NCBI RefSeq assembly: GCF_001194135.2
Contig: NC_068985.1
Coordinates: 103,127,038 to 103,191,037, forward strand
Origin: Octopus bimaculoides
Taxonomy: Eukaryota
Length of the DNA stretch: 64,000 nt
Direction: 5' to 3'
Positions within the stretch are counted from its first letter, which is position 1. The number at the start of each line of letters is the position of its first letter. Positions 11,749 to 25,100 of this stretch are shown piece by piece. Below the pieces are notes generated by a model. It saw only the letters and a list, made by a program, of their open reading frames with translations, did not search any database and had not been told where the DNA came from. Made by a program: the position numbers and the translations under genes.

Positions 11749-13672
11749 CTTCTCAGGGAGTTGTTAGTGTAGTTTCAGTAATTGTATTTTAAATAATACA
11801 ATGCTAACACAAACAAAAATACACAACAAACATAAGCAAAATATGAAAGAAAAAATAACAAAGACCATTAAATCTGTTTCTACCATTCTCCCTCCATTCT
11901 CCATACTTCTCTAACTTCACCCCATTTCCATCTACAATTAAGAGATGCATATGTACACGGTCCAGTGGACTGCATACAACTATAACATCATCATCGTTAA
12001 CAACACCACTTTAACAAAGAAAACAATTATAAAAAACAAAAGCTCAATATGCTGCTTTCATATTCCCCACTTCTATAAAAAGTTCAGTATTTTAATTAAA
12101 AGTAGTGCTTTATTTCGATTTCATTATTTTTCTTCTCCAGTTTTGTGAATAAGTTTACGTTGAATGAGAGTGAGAGGGTGAAAGAGACAGAGACATGGCG
12201 GCAGGGAGGTGGGAGGTATATTTCTAAAACAATGAGGTATTTCACTTGCTATAGCATAATCACCAATCTAGTTGTCATTATCATCATCATCATTATTATT
12301 ATCGTCATCGTCATCATCAGCATCGTCGTCGTTGTTACCACCACCATCACCACTACCACAATCCTCCACTTGATAACTCATAATAAAAGATCAATTTTAG
12401 TGGGAAAATATAATCGACAGAGTAGACACTAGTATATTACTCCTATTTTTATGAACCAAAGATGGAGCCTCTACGCAGTTCCTCACATTGGATAATGTCG
12501 TGCTGGAGACATTGTGATTAAAAATATATAAAGGAATGGTCAGAATTGAAAGAACTCTTCAATCAGAATTGACGTGGGGTTGTTCACTAACAAGAAGAAA
12601 TGATTTCATTGATCTGGACAGACCGACGGACAGATAGACGAACGGATGGATGGACAGATGGGTGGATGAATGGGAAAAAACTACAGCATTACTTAAATGG
12701 TTCTTCTGTTGTTGCTCACAGTTCACAAAGCACGGTTTAAGAGATATTTAATCAGGATTATTTAAAGAAAAAGATGTTTTGGGGATTCTTTTCAAAAGGC
12801 TTTGAAATATTTAAATATCTGCTCCCCTTTACTTGGGTTGGGAAAGGAGGCATAGCTAAATATTGTTTTTAAAATATGTATATAATTTTGAAAAGCATTT
12901 GTAAAGTTTATTCGTAATCCAAAATGGCCACAACTAAGATAGCAGAAAAAGGTACAAGTCACAATGACGTTAGCAATAAATATGTCATCTGTTTTGGGAG
13001 ACACAAGAGAAATCAAGTAAAAATAGCAATGAAACTAACAGACAATTAAAAAATATGGTTAAATTTGAGAAACAGAAAAGCAAAATGGGAAAAAATCAAG
13101 CTTAGATGTTAGTATACACATATTTTTTCACGTCTGGCCGTATAGCCTTTCTTGTTTATTNNNNNNNNNNNNNNNNNNNNNNNNNNNNNNNNNNNNNNNN
13201 NNNNNNNNNNNNNNNNNNNNNNNNNNNNNNNNNNNNNNNNNNNNNNNNNNNNNNNNNNNNTATATGTATATATATATATATGTATATATATGTATATATA
13301 TATGTATATGAGAGGCATTGGTATCCAGAAGACCGAATGTGGCAGGTAATGCTATGTAAGGAAACAGCTGTGAGACTAACTTTCTCTTTACAAATGTCCT
13401 GAAAATTCCACACACCCTTGGCTTTGTTGTCTCATTTTATTCAACACACACACATATATATACATATTCATATACATATATATATATATACACATATATA
13501 TATATATATATAAACAACTGGTTGTTAGTATTGCTATGGCTAAACAAAATCATTATGTGTATGTGTGTGCGTGTGCAATATATATATATATATTCTTGTT
13601 AAAGAATAATAAATTTGTGCTCAACCAAATTTATTGTAAAATTGTCTTTATTATAACATGGAAATAAACATT

Positions 13673-13767
<95 letters not shown>

Positions 13768-13864
13768 ATTTCCCTTAATGTTTCCTTGTTTCAGTCCCCT
13801 GAGACACTATCTTGAAAAATTTTCAGATATATACCTAAGCAAAATATTAAATTGCACACGCACA

Positions 13865-13903
<39 letters not shown>

Positions 13904-14694
13904 TGACACACATACATATATGCACTTATGTACTACATGGTAGCTAAGTCACCTGAAAAACAAGTTAATGATTTGCTGAGTTGAGTTTAGGGTTACTTTA
14001 AGGGACAAAGGGGGTAGGGAGTCAGTGGAAGGTAGTGTGCAGAATGAAGGAGAAAGGGAGCTGGGAGCTGGGAGAAAGAGGGAGCTGAAGAAATAAATAT
14101 AGAACAAAACCTGCTAAACTATTTGACCTTTTCCAAAGGACATGAGGGTAAGGTGGGGATGGCTTGATAGTAACTAATTAGGAGAAGTTTATGAGTCATG
14201 TGAAGCACTGAGATATACTCTTTCCTTACCACTATTTATCACAATTGCTACAATGACCACTAGAATGATATCTTCACCTCCTAGACCAGAATCAACATCA
14301 CTACTACCATTAACACCATGATAGGCATTGCTAATATCACCACCCCACAGCCTGGTGTCACAGTGAAGTAAACTCATTGATCTAAATACCTGAAACAGTC
14401 GAATTCCTTCAAATCACTCACACCTAACTGCTTTGGGAGAGGGGAAGTGACACTGGACAGAGTATTCTTACATACCTCTAAAATAACTAGATAGTCATGT
14501 TTGGAATATTTTTGATTATAGGTTTTCTTAATCAAGTTTAACCTGGGGCTTAACAACAACTCCAACAGCAACTTTAAGAATGGCTGTGTAAAGAAATATG
14601 AACAAAAATATTCAGCTGAACACCACTTACTCTTTCGTAACAACAGCATCAACAACAGTCGTTATTATTGCATTATAATGACATATGAAGTACA

Positions 14695-15210
14695 TACTCT
14701 TTTACTTGTTTCAGTCATTTGACTGCGGCCATGCTAGAGCACCGCCTTTAGTCGAGCAAATTGAGCCCGGGACTTATTCCTTGTAAGCCTAGTACTTATT
14801 CTATCGGTCTCTTTATGCCAAACCGCTAAGTGACGGGGACATAAACACACCAGCATCGGTTGTTAAGCAATGCTAGGGGGACAAACACAGATACACAGAG
14901 TGGTTGGCGTTAGGAAGGGCATCCAGCTGTAGAAACTCTACACTAGCACTGGTGTAGCCATCGGGTTTCACCAGTCCTCAGTCAAATCGTCCAACCCATG
15001 CTAGCATGGAAAGCAGACGTTAAATGATGATGCTGATGATGATGATATAAAACAGGCTTCTTTCAGTTTCCATCTACCAAATTCACTCACAAGGCTTTGG
15101 TCGGCCCGAGGCTATAGTAGAAGACACTTGCCTAAGGTGCCACGCAGTGGGACGGAAACCCGGGACCATGTGGTTGGTAAGCAAGCTACTTACCACACAT
15201 CCACTCATGG
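14695..15210 (-). mobile_element. SINE family 2 interrupted by a family-4 fragment (14899-15053)
   Basis: 3' half at 14695-14898 and 5' half at 15054-15210 flank an unrelated insert. Confidence 0.88.
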
Positions 15211-16099
15211 AAAAAAATACAATATCCCAGAAAATTAAGTTGCATCTTAAAAATACAAGTTCAAGGACAGAGTTAGTTGTTAGTGAGGATTCAACAAAGG
15301 GCCTACAAAGCTTGTGCATCTTATAAACCCTCAGATACAATATCTATCATCATCATCATCATCATCGTTTTAAGAGCGCATGGCCTAGTGGTTAGGGTGT
15401 TGAATATATATATACACGCATACACGTGTGCGTGAGTGTGTGTGTGTACGTGTGTTTGTGTCACCTTGTCTTGATATCACTTGATAGCTGTAAATGAGAA
15501 TCACTTTCATACACACAATGTTATTCATTTCAAATTTTCTATGAAGAACATGCCTGACCTTGAGGAAATATTATTTTGCTTCAAAACAAGTAAGAGTTGG
15601 TGACAAGAAGGGCATCCAGCAGTAGAAAATTTGCTTGCACAAATTCCTTCTGGCCCATACAGTGCATGGAAAAGAGGACATTAAATGATGATGATGATAC
15701 TGATGATATACATATATTTATGTATTTCAGTATATTTATGTATGTATATATGTATATGGGCATGTAATTATGTGTTCATGTATATGTGTGTATGCATGTA
15801 TGTGCGAGAGTGTGTATGTATCATTTGATATTGTTGACCAACTTGTAGAAAACAGCAAAATGTTTGCTGATGGTAGGTCTCCATACATTCAGTAGAATAA
15901 AATTTATTGATGATGAAGAGTTGGCTAGAGCACCAAGTTTTGTCTTTAATGAATAAGCAATTAATGGTTCACACTAGCTCTGACCAATTCCCTTCCCCAT
16001 ATTTTCACACCTTCACACTTACATACTCACATACATACGTTAAGATCACCAGCATTCTCCCACACACATGCAGCTTCTCATCTTGGGTTCACCACTTCT

Positions 16100-16325
16100 T
16101 TGTTATCTCCCCTTTTTCTTAGCTCTCTTGTGTGATCCTTCTGTCCGGCATTCGCCATGATAGATCGCTGACCACTACATTTATATTTTTTTCTCCTTGT
16201 TTCTTTCTGTGTTCCTTTCAGTTGAAGAGCGTAGGCTCAAAACATTAAAGACTTTCTCTATTCCCGAGCGTTAAACTAATACATCCATTTGTTGTTTACA
16301 CCACCTGTCTTTGTCTGTTGTTTTT
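16100..16325 (+). mobile_element. Penelope-like terminal repeat fragment
   Basis: TGAAGAGCGTAGGCTCAAAACATTAAAGAC...AAACTAATACATC, related to 56440-56600; typical of PLE 3' ends. Confidence 0.5.
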
Positions 16326-16951
16326 TTCATAAATTCTCCCATACATATATATCAAGTATGGGTGTTTAGTTCACAGGTGATCTAAATGAACAGGTAGGCT
16401 AGGTAAGTGTTGTAACAGATTACTAAGCCTCCAAGGTTGTAGCAGAGATGGTAGTTATGGAGCCATTGCAGATTTCCAATATAGCGGATATATAATTGCT
16501 AAAGAGGACAACAAATGTCAAGGCATGGCAAACATCTCAAGTCATATACATTATTATTATTGGAAGAAATATTTAAAGTCTTACAGCTGTTTCTGGGATA
16601 ATTCCAGAGTATGGGATATTCCATCATCAGAGACAAATAGGGAAAATGAGAAAGGTATAGATTAATGAAATGATGACAAAGAGGACAGGAGTAAAGGAAT
16701 AAGGAGTTGAAGAGAGAGAAGGAAAAAGAAGCATAAAAGTTCACAGTTCAACTTTCTGATGTTGTAGAAATACATCCATAAGTCCTTAGGTGTAATCCTG
16801 CATAGACCATGTGGGTTAGAGTCCTGATATTGCAAACATCCAGAAAAAAGATGTGAACATATCAACATTCAATATATATATATAAGGCACAAAATTGTAT
16901 AGCTATGAATTTTCTGTTTGTTGTGTTTTTGTTAAATATATATATATATAT

Positions 16952-17162
16952 CGTCGCCAGTGCCCCTGGACTGGCTCTTGTGCGGGTGGCACATAAAATA
17001 TACCATTTTGAGCGTGGCCGTTGCCAGTACTGCCTGACTGGCCTTCGTGCGGGTGACACATAAAAGCACCCACTACACTCTCTGAGTGGTTGGCGTTAGG
17101 AAGGGCATCCAGCTGTAGAAACTCTGCCAAATCAGATTGGAGCCTGGTGTTGTCATCTGGTT
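16952..17162 (+). mobile_element. Family-4 retroposon, cut by a gap
   Basis: Match to 41565-41895. Confidence 0.85.
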
Positions 17163-17172
17163 NNNNNNNNNN

Positions 17173-17217
<45 letters not shown>

Positions 17218-17339
17218 GTATATATATATATATTGGTGCTTTTCTTCAACTAACTCATTTACACATGTTGATTTGTCTTGACAAGTAAAAAATAAAATGT
17301 TTCATACACTCGTACACTTGTCTTCTTTCTTCAGAGAGA

Positions 17340-18990
17340 AACACTGCAGAAAAGAATTTGGTTTGTTCACAACAATTAAGAAGTTCAGTTACAATAATTT
17401 CAAAACACGTTTTTCTCAATAATGTTTCACTTCCTTACAGCACAGTCTTTTACATCTGCATCTGTCTTTTTCAACTACTTTCTTTCCAATAATCACCTTG
17501 TTCTTACTTGTCTTTCAACCTCAGATATTCCTTCACCTATGTAACAAATCACAATTTCCACACACTTTGTTCCAACATATTTCCTCCTTTTGTTACATTG
17601 TGTTGTGGGATCTGATTGGCATATTGCTGGAAATCTTTGACCATTTTCTATTCAAGCAGAATCTCGCATTGCTTAATTTCTCTGTAGGTTTGACTTTAGA
17701 CATGCTGACATGCTAAGTATGCAAAATTTCTTCAACGACATTTTCTTTCTGCAATACCTGCTGTTATTTTACTAATTAATGCAATGATAAGTATTTCCTG
17801 ACAACTGTTCCTTTGTTTGGTGCTGGTATTTTGCATGTCTTCGTGTTCTGAGTTCAAATTCTGCCAAGGTCGACTTGCCTTTCATCCTTTTGGCGTCAAT
17901 AAAATAAGTACCAGTAATGCACTGGGTTGATGTAACAAACTAGCTTCCACCCACAAAATTTCAGGTTTTGTGCCTATAGTAGAAAGGATTATTATTGTTA
18001 TTATCTTTATTGGCAAGCAGACAGAATTATTCATGTGCTAGACAAAATGCTGCTGAGCATTTCCTCATTCCTTACTTTCTGCGTTCAAATTCTACCATGG
18101 TCAACTTTGCCTTTCATCACATGGTGATTTTGCACTGTGAAATCCTACAGGATCTTATAATTATAACGCTCATTGACAACTTCTAGATCATGTTGATCCT
18201 GTCATCCATTTTCTTTGAATCCAAATTTCCTGCACTTTTATGTTTCTACTTTACCGCACATCTGGCATTTACCATCTTGCTTGTTAATTTTTGTCATAAT
18301 AGTTTTATCAAATTGTTTGTCCTTACGCAGTTACAATTAGAATATCTGTTTTTCACTTTAGTCCCCCAATTCTCAAACAATCCCACTATTTTAACTTTTG
18401 TTTGCCACACAACCTATTTAATGCTTCCTAGTTTTCTATTACATTATTCCTTTAAAGCAATCCTTTACTGTTTCCATGTTTCCATCATTGATATGGTTGG
18501 TTGTGAATATAAGCATTTCTTCACATTTCCTAAAATACTTTTCTGTTCCAAGTCTGTTACATTGAATAGCATCTCTTGTGATCTCTAGATAAAAATTATA
18601 GTGCTTTGCTAAGTTTTTTCTTTTTTTTTGTACATCTATCAATTTTTTTTTCTTTTACATTTGAAGGGAGGTTGCAGAATATCTCATATCTCATGATTTT
18701 CCTTCTATCTAGCTTTGTTTCTAAGATTTTCCAACACACCTTACAGTATACTCCAGTTTTATGTCTCAGATTTTTCTTATTTACATAATCATCATGCAAC
18801 ACCAAATATTTATATCTCACATTCTACTTCAGTGGTTTTAGGAAGTGGAAAGCAGTTTCCCTCAGGCTACCCACATTTGTCAATTTTAAACTGCATCCAA
18901 ATATCTATGCTAAAAATTTGTCTATATCAAAGAATTCATCTCTTTCCTTGATCTTTAACCATAAGCACCAGATAGTCTATACCTTCACTA
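17340..18990 (-). mobile_element. Decayed R4/Dong-like non-LTR retrotransposon (RT C-terminus to RLE region), interrupted by SINEs
   Basis: Minus-strand DIWMQFKIDKC, YKYLVL....KILETKLDRRK (cf. DIGMEFGLDKC, YKYLG, KLLETKL of R4/Dong); the downstream part is much weaker. Confidence 0.6.
17800..18120 (+). mobile_element. CORE-type SINE (family 3) plus a partial second head
   Basis: GTTCTGAGTTCAAATTCTGCCAAGGTCGACTTGCCTTTCATCC..AAGTACCAGT. Confidence 0.8.
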
Positions 18991-20289
18991 ATTATGGTTG
19001 AATGGTATCTTTGGTTTACTATTTCTTAATATCAGACAAAGGGATTACAACAATAAGAAGCAGTTGGGTGAATGAATACCTTTGAAAAATATTTTATACA
19101 TCAACACAACTTACCAAAACCTGATGCACATATGGTTTTCATAAATGTGTAATTTTAGTTAATATTTCTTCTCTCATTATATCCAGTATTTTAGTATTTA
19201 ATTTACTATGTAATTTTAGAGCAGTAGACATCCCTGAGTATCTGGGTAATGCAAAGATGAAGGTAGAGAAAAGAGATTAGAAGAGTTGCAGAGAAGAGTT
19301 GAGATACATAAGTTAGCTTTGACATTAAGTATAACTTATGCCATCCTGAATATAACCACAAAAATAAAAGTTTAACATTTATTTCTCATGTATGATGCAT
19401 ATAATTTTTAGGTTAAAAAATCTGGGAAAAAGTATGCATTATATATACATCAATAAATCATGTAGTTTCAAGAAAGCCATCATGTTTTAAGACATATGAT
19501 TCAATATCCAATATAAGAATTATAATTTGTATAATTTTTATAGTAAACTAGATTGTAAAAATATGCCAAATATTAAACGACATATTTATATAAACACATA
19601 TGCATGCTAATGCATACATACACAGAGGATTAGGAAATATATACAATATGGGATCTAGGAGATAAGATAAGGTAGGGATGATGCAAGGAAGTAAAACAAT
19701 TGCATCAAAAGGATTTTGGCAATGTTGAGAAACAATATTCTAATTTAAAGAAACCAGTCATAAGGAACTGGTTTTGTCAATTATATTGACTTTATTATAT
19801 AATTTGGTGCACTTGCTTTACCAATACTCAAGGATGAACTTCTAATGTAGGACAAGCTGAAAGAGTATTTGATTTTTAATCTGATGTTCTATAATTCTCC
19901 ATCGAACAGTTTACATTTTTAACTCATCGACATTAACACACCACCAAAAGCAAGGAGGTGGTATGGTAATATTTGTAAAGTAAAAGAGTAGGACATGTAT
20001 AATGGCATAGACAGTAAATCGTTTAATTAAAAACTTAGTAGTATTTATTTCTAATCATCTACATTTTGGACATCATTATTACGATGACAAAGATGTAGAT
20101 GTCCATAGATTAGACATAATTTCCTATTAAAGTGATATAATGACTTACTTCCTGGATAGAACCATTATAGACATTTCTTACATTATTAATACATTCAGGT
20201 ACGACTTATAATCATTATAACCCTTTCCCCATCCACTAATTATTTGAGGCTTCATGTCTATGTTTTAAATCACTAATCAATTTTTTTTT

Positions 20290-20330
20290 ATTATAACGAT
20301 TATTCTTTTTTTTTATATTTTCAGGTGAGT
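20290..20330 (+). promoter_or_regulatory. Strong 3' splice site immediately followed by a consensus 5' splice site (CAG/GTGAGT); candidate recursive splice site
   Basis: TTCTTTTTTTTTATATTTTCAG|GTGAGT. Confidence 0.4.
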
Positions 20331-20989
20331 ATGCTATCTCTGTCTTTTGTAAGCTGAACAAAATCAGGTCAGATCATGGAAATTTTTTTTTCCATCTTTG
20401 CTATGCATTATGAAAGGGAATTTGAATTTATTTAAATGTATGTAAGTGAATTTTTATCGTGTATATATATTTAGCAAGCATGTTTGAATATGACAAATAT
20501 TATGTATCTAGTAAATTTTAATTAATTTACAAAAGTAGTGATGACTAAATACAAGAATCACTTTTGATAGGTGAGTTATGTGTTCCTGAAAAACTTGCTG
20601 CAACATAAAAAAATCCCATGATGCAAGATATATTTTCTCATGTTATGAAGTGAGAATAAGTTTCAATGGATATTTTCAAAAGAAAAACAACAACAAAAAA
20701 AATAAGCAGTACAACCACTTTTATGCATGAAAGTAACAATTTCTAAACATATACAGTACTGAATGTTTAAATTCAAAAGATATAGGATAGGAAATAAGGA
20801 AGAATCTTATCATAACAAAGGATATTCTTACTACAAAAGATGATTGCTGATGTTAAGGATGGTGATGGAATGAGATTTACAGGGAGGATGGGGGACACTA
20901 TCTTCTGCCATAGAGTTTATCATCATCACAATTTGTTTGTGGGATGAAAAACTTATCCAGAGTTGTTTGATGTTTATGGTGCATCATCT

Positions 20990-21780
20990 CTTAGTACAGC
21001 TCAGTGTAGAAATTCATACCAATTTAAACTCATTTTGTATTTTTATGTTATATTTTAAGATGAGGGTTTTCATCAACAAAAACTTAAAAACCTTCCTCTA
21101 TAAGTGCAAACTCTTTAGTAATATTCTTTGCAGTCAATTCAGAGCACTCGTGCTAACTGCATCAGCTTCTCATTAGACAAACTTCCTCTGTGGGACACAA
21201 GCAACTCTACCACATCATCTTCTATGACTTCTTCAAATTCTATGTCATTTGCAAGTATCACAATATCTTTTTGAATCTGGACTTTTGCTTGTGGAAAACT
21301 TGTAAAGTCATGAGTATTATCCAGCCATATTTTCTCAAGCATCATTCAACATTAAGGGTGTCACTTCATTTTTTAATTCAGCTTTGTTATCCAAACATCC
21401 ATTATATTGAACATCTTCCAGTACTGTCTTTAAAAGTATTTTTAGGGATATGTTCTACTCTCACATAATCAAAAAGCTCATCTAAATTCACTGGGTGGTG
21501 TTATGCATTGTCTAAAAACAGTAAAGCTTTGTTGGAAGTATTGTCTGGCACTGTATCCTTCTACAGCAGGTGTTTGTTAGCCACTCTTTGATAAGGCCCT
21601 CAATCATCCATACCTTTTTATTTGAACGCCAAATCAGAAGCAAATTAAACTTGAAAATAACTCTTGAAAATCCCTTGGATTTTCAGAGTGATATACAAGG
21701 GTCTATAATTTTATATCATCAGTGGCATTTTCTCCTACAGTAAGTGGTAGGAAATATTTTGAAGCTTTAAAACTTGGTGT
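20990..21780 (-). mobile_element. Decayed Tigger/pogo transposase (DDE domain and C-terminus)
   Basis: Minus-strand peptides LTVGENATDD, YHSENPRDF, WRSNKKVWM, LDNA*HHP, and ORF 21139-21345 FEEVIEDDVVELLVSHRGSLSNEKLM, matching Tigger motifs. Confidence 0.85.
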
Positions 21781-21821
21781 TGATTTTTCTTCTCAAGAAA
21801 TAATAGCAGACAGAGTCAATG

Positions 21822-21949
21822 ACTATTGAAGAGGTTGCAAGAAGCAATGAAAATTTTAGAGAAAAAAAACTAAGCAAATGAGTGGAAATCGAACCAGTGA
21901 GTGTGTTAATCAATAAGGCACTAAAACAGAATGACTCTCCCCAGACACA
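21822..21949. repeat. Dispersed repeat fragment, second copy at 24820-24943
   Basis: Diverged alignable copies ACTATTGAA.AGGTTGCAAGA.GCAA.GAAAATTTTA...GTGAGTGTGTTAA...ATGACT.TCCCCAGACAC. Confidence 0.75.
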
Positions 21950-22344
21950 ATATGATATACAGGAATTCAACATATTGCGTAAGATTTGAATATTCAATTC
22001 TGGTAATGGGTTACATTTCCAGAAGAGATCATTTACAAGCTTGCTTTCTCATATCAAGTACACTGCAGCTTAGCATATCAACTGGAATGGCTGAAATCTC
22101 CTGTCTCACAGAAGTTTGTAACAGCATGCAGGATCACCTTTCAGGATAGCGCCCATTGCTTTCCAAATTGCTGTCAGGGTTTTCTTTGGTTTGCAATGAT
22201 GGATCTTTGGCTGGTGAAGTATGCTTCAACCATATATGCAATTTCTTTTGGAATCCACAATATTATGAGGATCACCAATACCAGCTATTGGTAAAAAATA
22301 GTAAAATCTTAGATAATATGTTAATCTCCTGTATATCAGTTTTC

Positions 22345-22917
22345 GGATCTTTTTTAAAAACGGGGGCCACATTTTTCATTAACGAAACACTTTGAAACTT
22401 GGAACACTGGTAGAATGGGTCATATAAAACATCTTTTTCTCTTAGTCTTCTTTAAAAAAAAAGAAATCCATAAATTATTCCATGTTAAAGTTGTCGTATT
22501 TCTGTAATTTCAACCAATCACTGACGTCCATTCAGCCGATATACATTAAGTGCCGACTACATAAACAAACGATTCTGAAACAATTAATCCTAACCCTAAC
22601 CCTAACTCTAACCCTAACCCTAACCCTAGGGTTAGGGTTAGGGTTAAAGCAAATTTAAAATGAAAAAAGCAAATAAAACGAAGAATCGTTTGTTTATGTA
22701 GTCGGCACTTAATGTATATCGACTGAATGGACGTCAGTGATTGGTTGAAATTATCGAAATAAGACAATTTTTTACATGAAATAAATTCGAATACAAAAAT
22801 ATTTTTCTGTTCTATAACACAAAATAGATAAGTATACGAAGTTTGAAAGTCTTTCCGTACCAAAAACACTACGTAAAACATTAATGAAAAATGTGGCCCC
22901 CGTTTTAAAAAAGATCC
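22345..22917. mobile_element. Non-autonomous DNA transposon (MITE), Merlin-like, copy A; centre is a (CCCTAA)n-(TTAGGG)n palindrome
   Basis: About 38-bp TIRs GGATCTTTTTTAAAAACGGGGGCCACATTTTTCATTAA and its inverse (1 indel); flanks CAGTTTTC / CAGTTATT (6/8, decayed TSD); inner ~70-bp inverted repeat (about 22507-22577 vs 22683-22751); arms shared with copies B and C. Confidence 0.85.
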
Positions 22918-24046
22918 CAGTTATTTAATAACTATATTAAGTATTATCTTTATAATCCAAGATACTAGTATTTAAAATGTTTTGTTATGGCCCGCCGTGT
23001 ATATATGTACACACGCATATAACTATATATATATATATACACACACACAACTGTCTATCTATCGTCTATCTATCTATTTATTTATCTATTTATCTGTCAG
23101 TCTATCCATCTATTGATCTGTCTATTTTGCTTCTTTATCAGCATCATGCTTACTTCTCTTCATTATCTGCTTAATTATGAAAAGCTCACTTTTTTCTATT
23201 TCAAAAAAGAAAAAAGAAAATGAAATAAAAAACAAACAAACAAACAAAAAACAGTATTTGAATTTCAGTCACTTTTTATTTTTTTATTTTCACTTCAATT
23301 ACTTTTCTGTTTTTGATGCCAGGTTATGAAATTGTTGAATGAATGTGAAAAGTATATTTTTAACTTTGATTTATGCATGAACTTGTGTATATATATGTAA
23401 AGTGTGTGTATGTGCCTGAGTATGTGTGTATGAGAGATTGAGATAGAGAAAATGTGTGTGTGTGTGTGTGAGTTTGTATCTGAGCATGGCTGTACACTAG
23501 TTTATATTTAGAAATGTGCACATTTACATGTTTGTGTGTCTAAGGAAGTAATTGAATTATTTTCATTTTTTTTTTCTAAATATGTGTGCGTGTTTATATA
23601 CGCATGTGTGTGTTAATAAAAGAAAGAAATAGCACTAGTGAGAGAGTAAGATAGAGAAACAGAAAAAGAAGTGGTTGTACGTGTGATGTGTGTGTATTTG
23701 AGGGATTTTCTTTTTTTTTTTTTTTTTTTTTTTGCAAGTTTATACGTGAATATGCTTTTCAGAAAATCATCACACATATGTGTACGCTCATGAGTTTACA
23801 TGTAGTGTATTTCGTTTTTTCCTGTTTGCATATTTGTATATTTTTATAGGTTTATATACACACACACATACATATATGTATATATATGTGTATGTATATG
23901 TTAAAATGTATGGGAGTGATCTTTGATTGCGTAATATGATGCATGTGCATTTTTAAAATTATTGTACGTATATTTTGTAAATTTTCGTTGTTTATGTAAA
24001 ACTGCAAATGTGTTCCTGTTTTGTGTTATCTTTATATGCCTGCACA

Positions 24047-24124
<78 letters not shown>

Positions 24125-24997
24125 GCGTGCGTGCGTGCGTGTGTGTGTGTGTGTGTGTGTAATGTTGTTATTTGTGGAAATGTGTTTATTGTATGTGTGT
24201 TTCTGTGCTGAAATTTAGTGTGTTGCTCTATTCCCACATATGTGTTTGAATATGTGTGCGTATGAAACATTTTGTAATCATCAGAAGGCACCATATTTTT
24301 ATTTATTTACTGTTTTTATTTACATTGTTGTTATAGAAAGCAATTGAATAGCTAGTCATTGATCTTGATGCATACACATTAAATTAATGAATATAAATAA
24401 TTTAAAAAAAGGAATAAAAAACACAGACCAAAATTGCAATTATATATAATTAGGTAATAGATTAATCAGAAAATTCTAAATTTTTCCTTTTACTGCTGAT
24501 TTTTTAAAATCATTTCTGTCACTATTATTATTATTCCAATTGTTATCATTATTATTATTCAGGTCAATTTTATTGCTGTTTACTAATTGATATATTTTCA
24601 AATATAATTTTTGTCATCTATGAACTTGACAGAGTTCCTCCTATTTTATAGTTGTAGACCACATGAGACATAAGTCTTTAAACATACTACACTGTGGAAC
24701 TGGTCAACACAATATCCAGTAGAATAGAAATAAATGACAACAAGCAACACAACGAAAAATAAAATACTTAGTGCTGTGGTTTTAGTGAGGAAAAGGAATA
24801 TTTCATAATCCATTTTAGTACTATTGAAAAGGTTGCAAGACGCAACGAAAATTTTAAGAAAATAAAAAATAATAAGTGGAAATTTTAACGGTGAGTGTGT
24901 TAAATTTCAAGGCACAATAAGAAAATGACTTTCCCCAGACACATTTTAGTACATTGTTCTGAAAAAAATTTTTTTTTCATATCTGGTACCACACCAG

Positions 24998-25100
24998 ATA
25001 TGAAGAGAGAGCCATAGAAAGAGCAAACACAATAGCTAACTTGACCAAGACCACCCTGGTTCCTGATACAAATTTCCTGTTTAAAAGTGATCTAAATTGA
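24998..25100 (+). CDS. Candidate terminal exon YEERAIERANTIANLTKTTLVPDTNFLFKSDLN*
   Basis: Poly-T tract plus CAG acceptor and an open, protein-like frame; no homology recognised. Confidence 0.25.

Noticed and set aside
14189-14655. Two minus-strand ORFs with plausible splice sites (14582-14478 and about 14390-14230)
   Set aside because: Low-complexity AAC/ATC-derived composition explains the open frames; no homology recognised
18596-18820. CKVC motif suggesting a piggyBac Cys-rich domain
   Set aside because: The flanking YKYL and KILETKL motifs fit an R4/Dong RT better; CKVC looks like decay
22589-22646. Chromosome end or telomere-fusion scar
   Set aside because: The arrays are short, lie inside TIR/TSD-bounded elements and have the opposite orientation to a fusion
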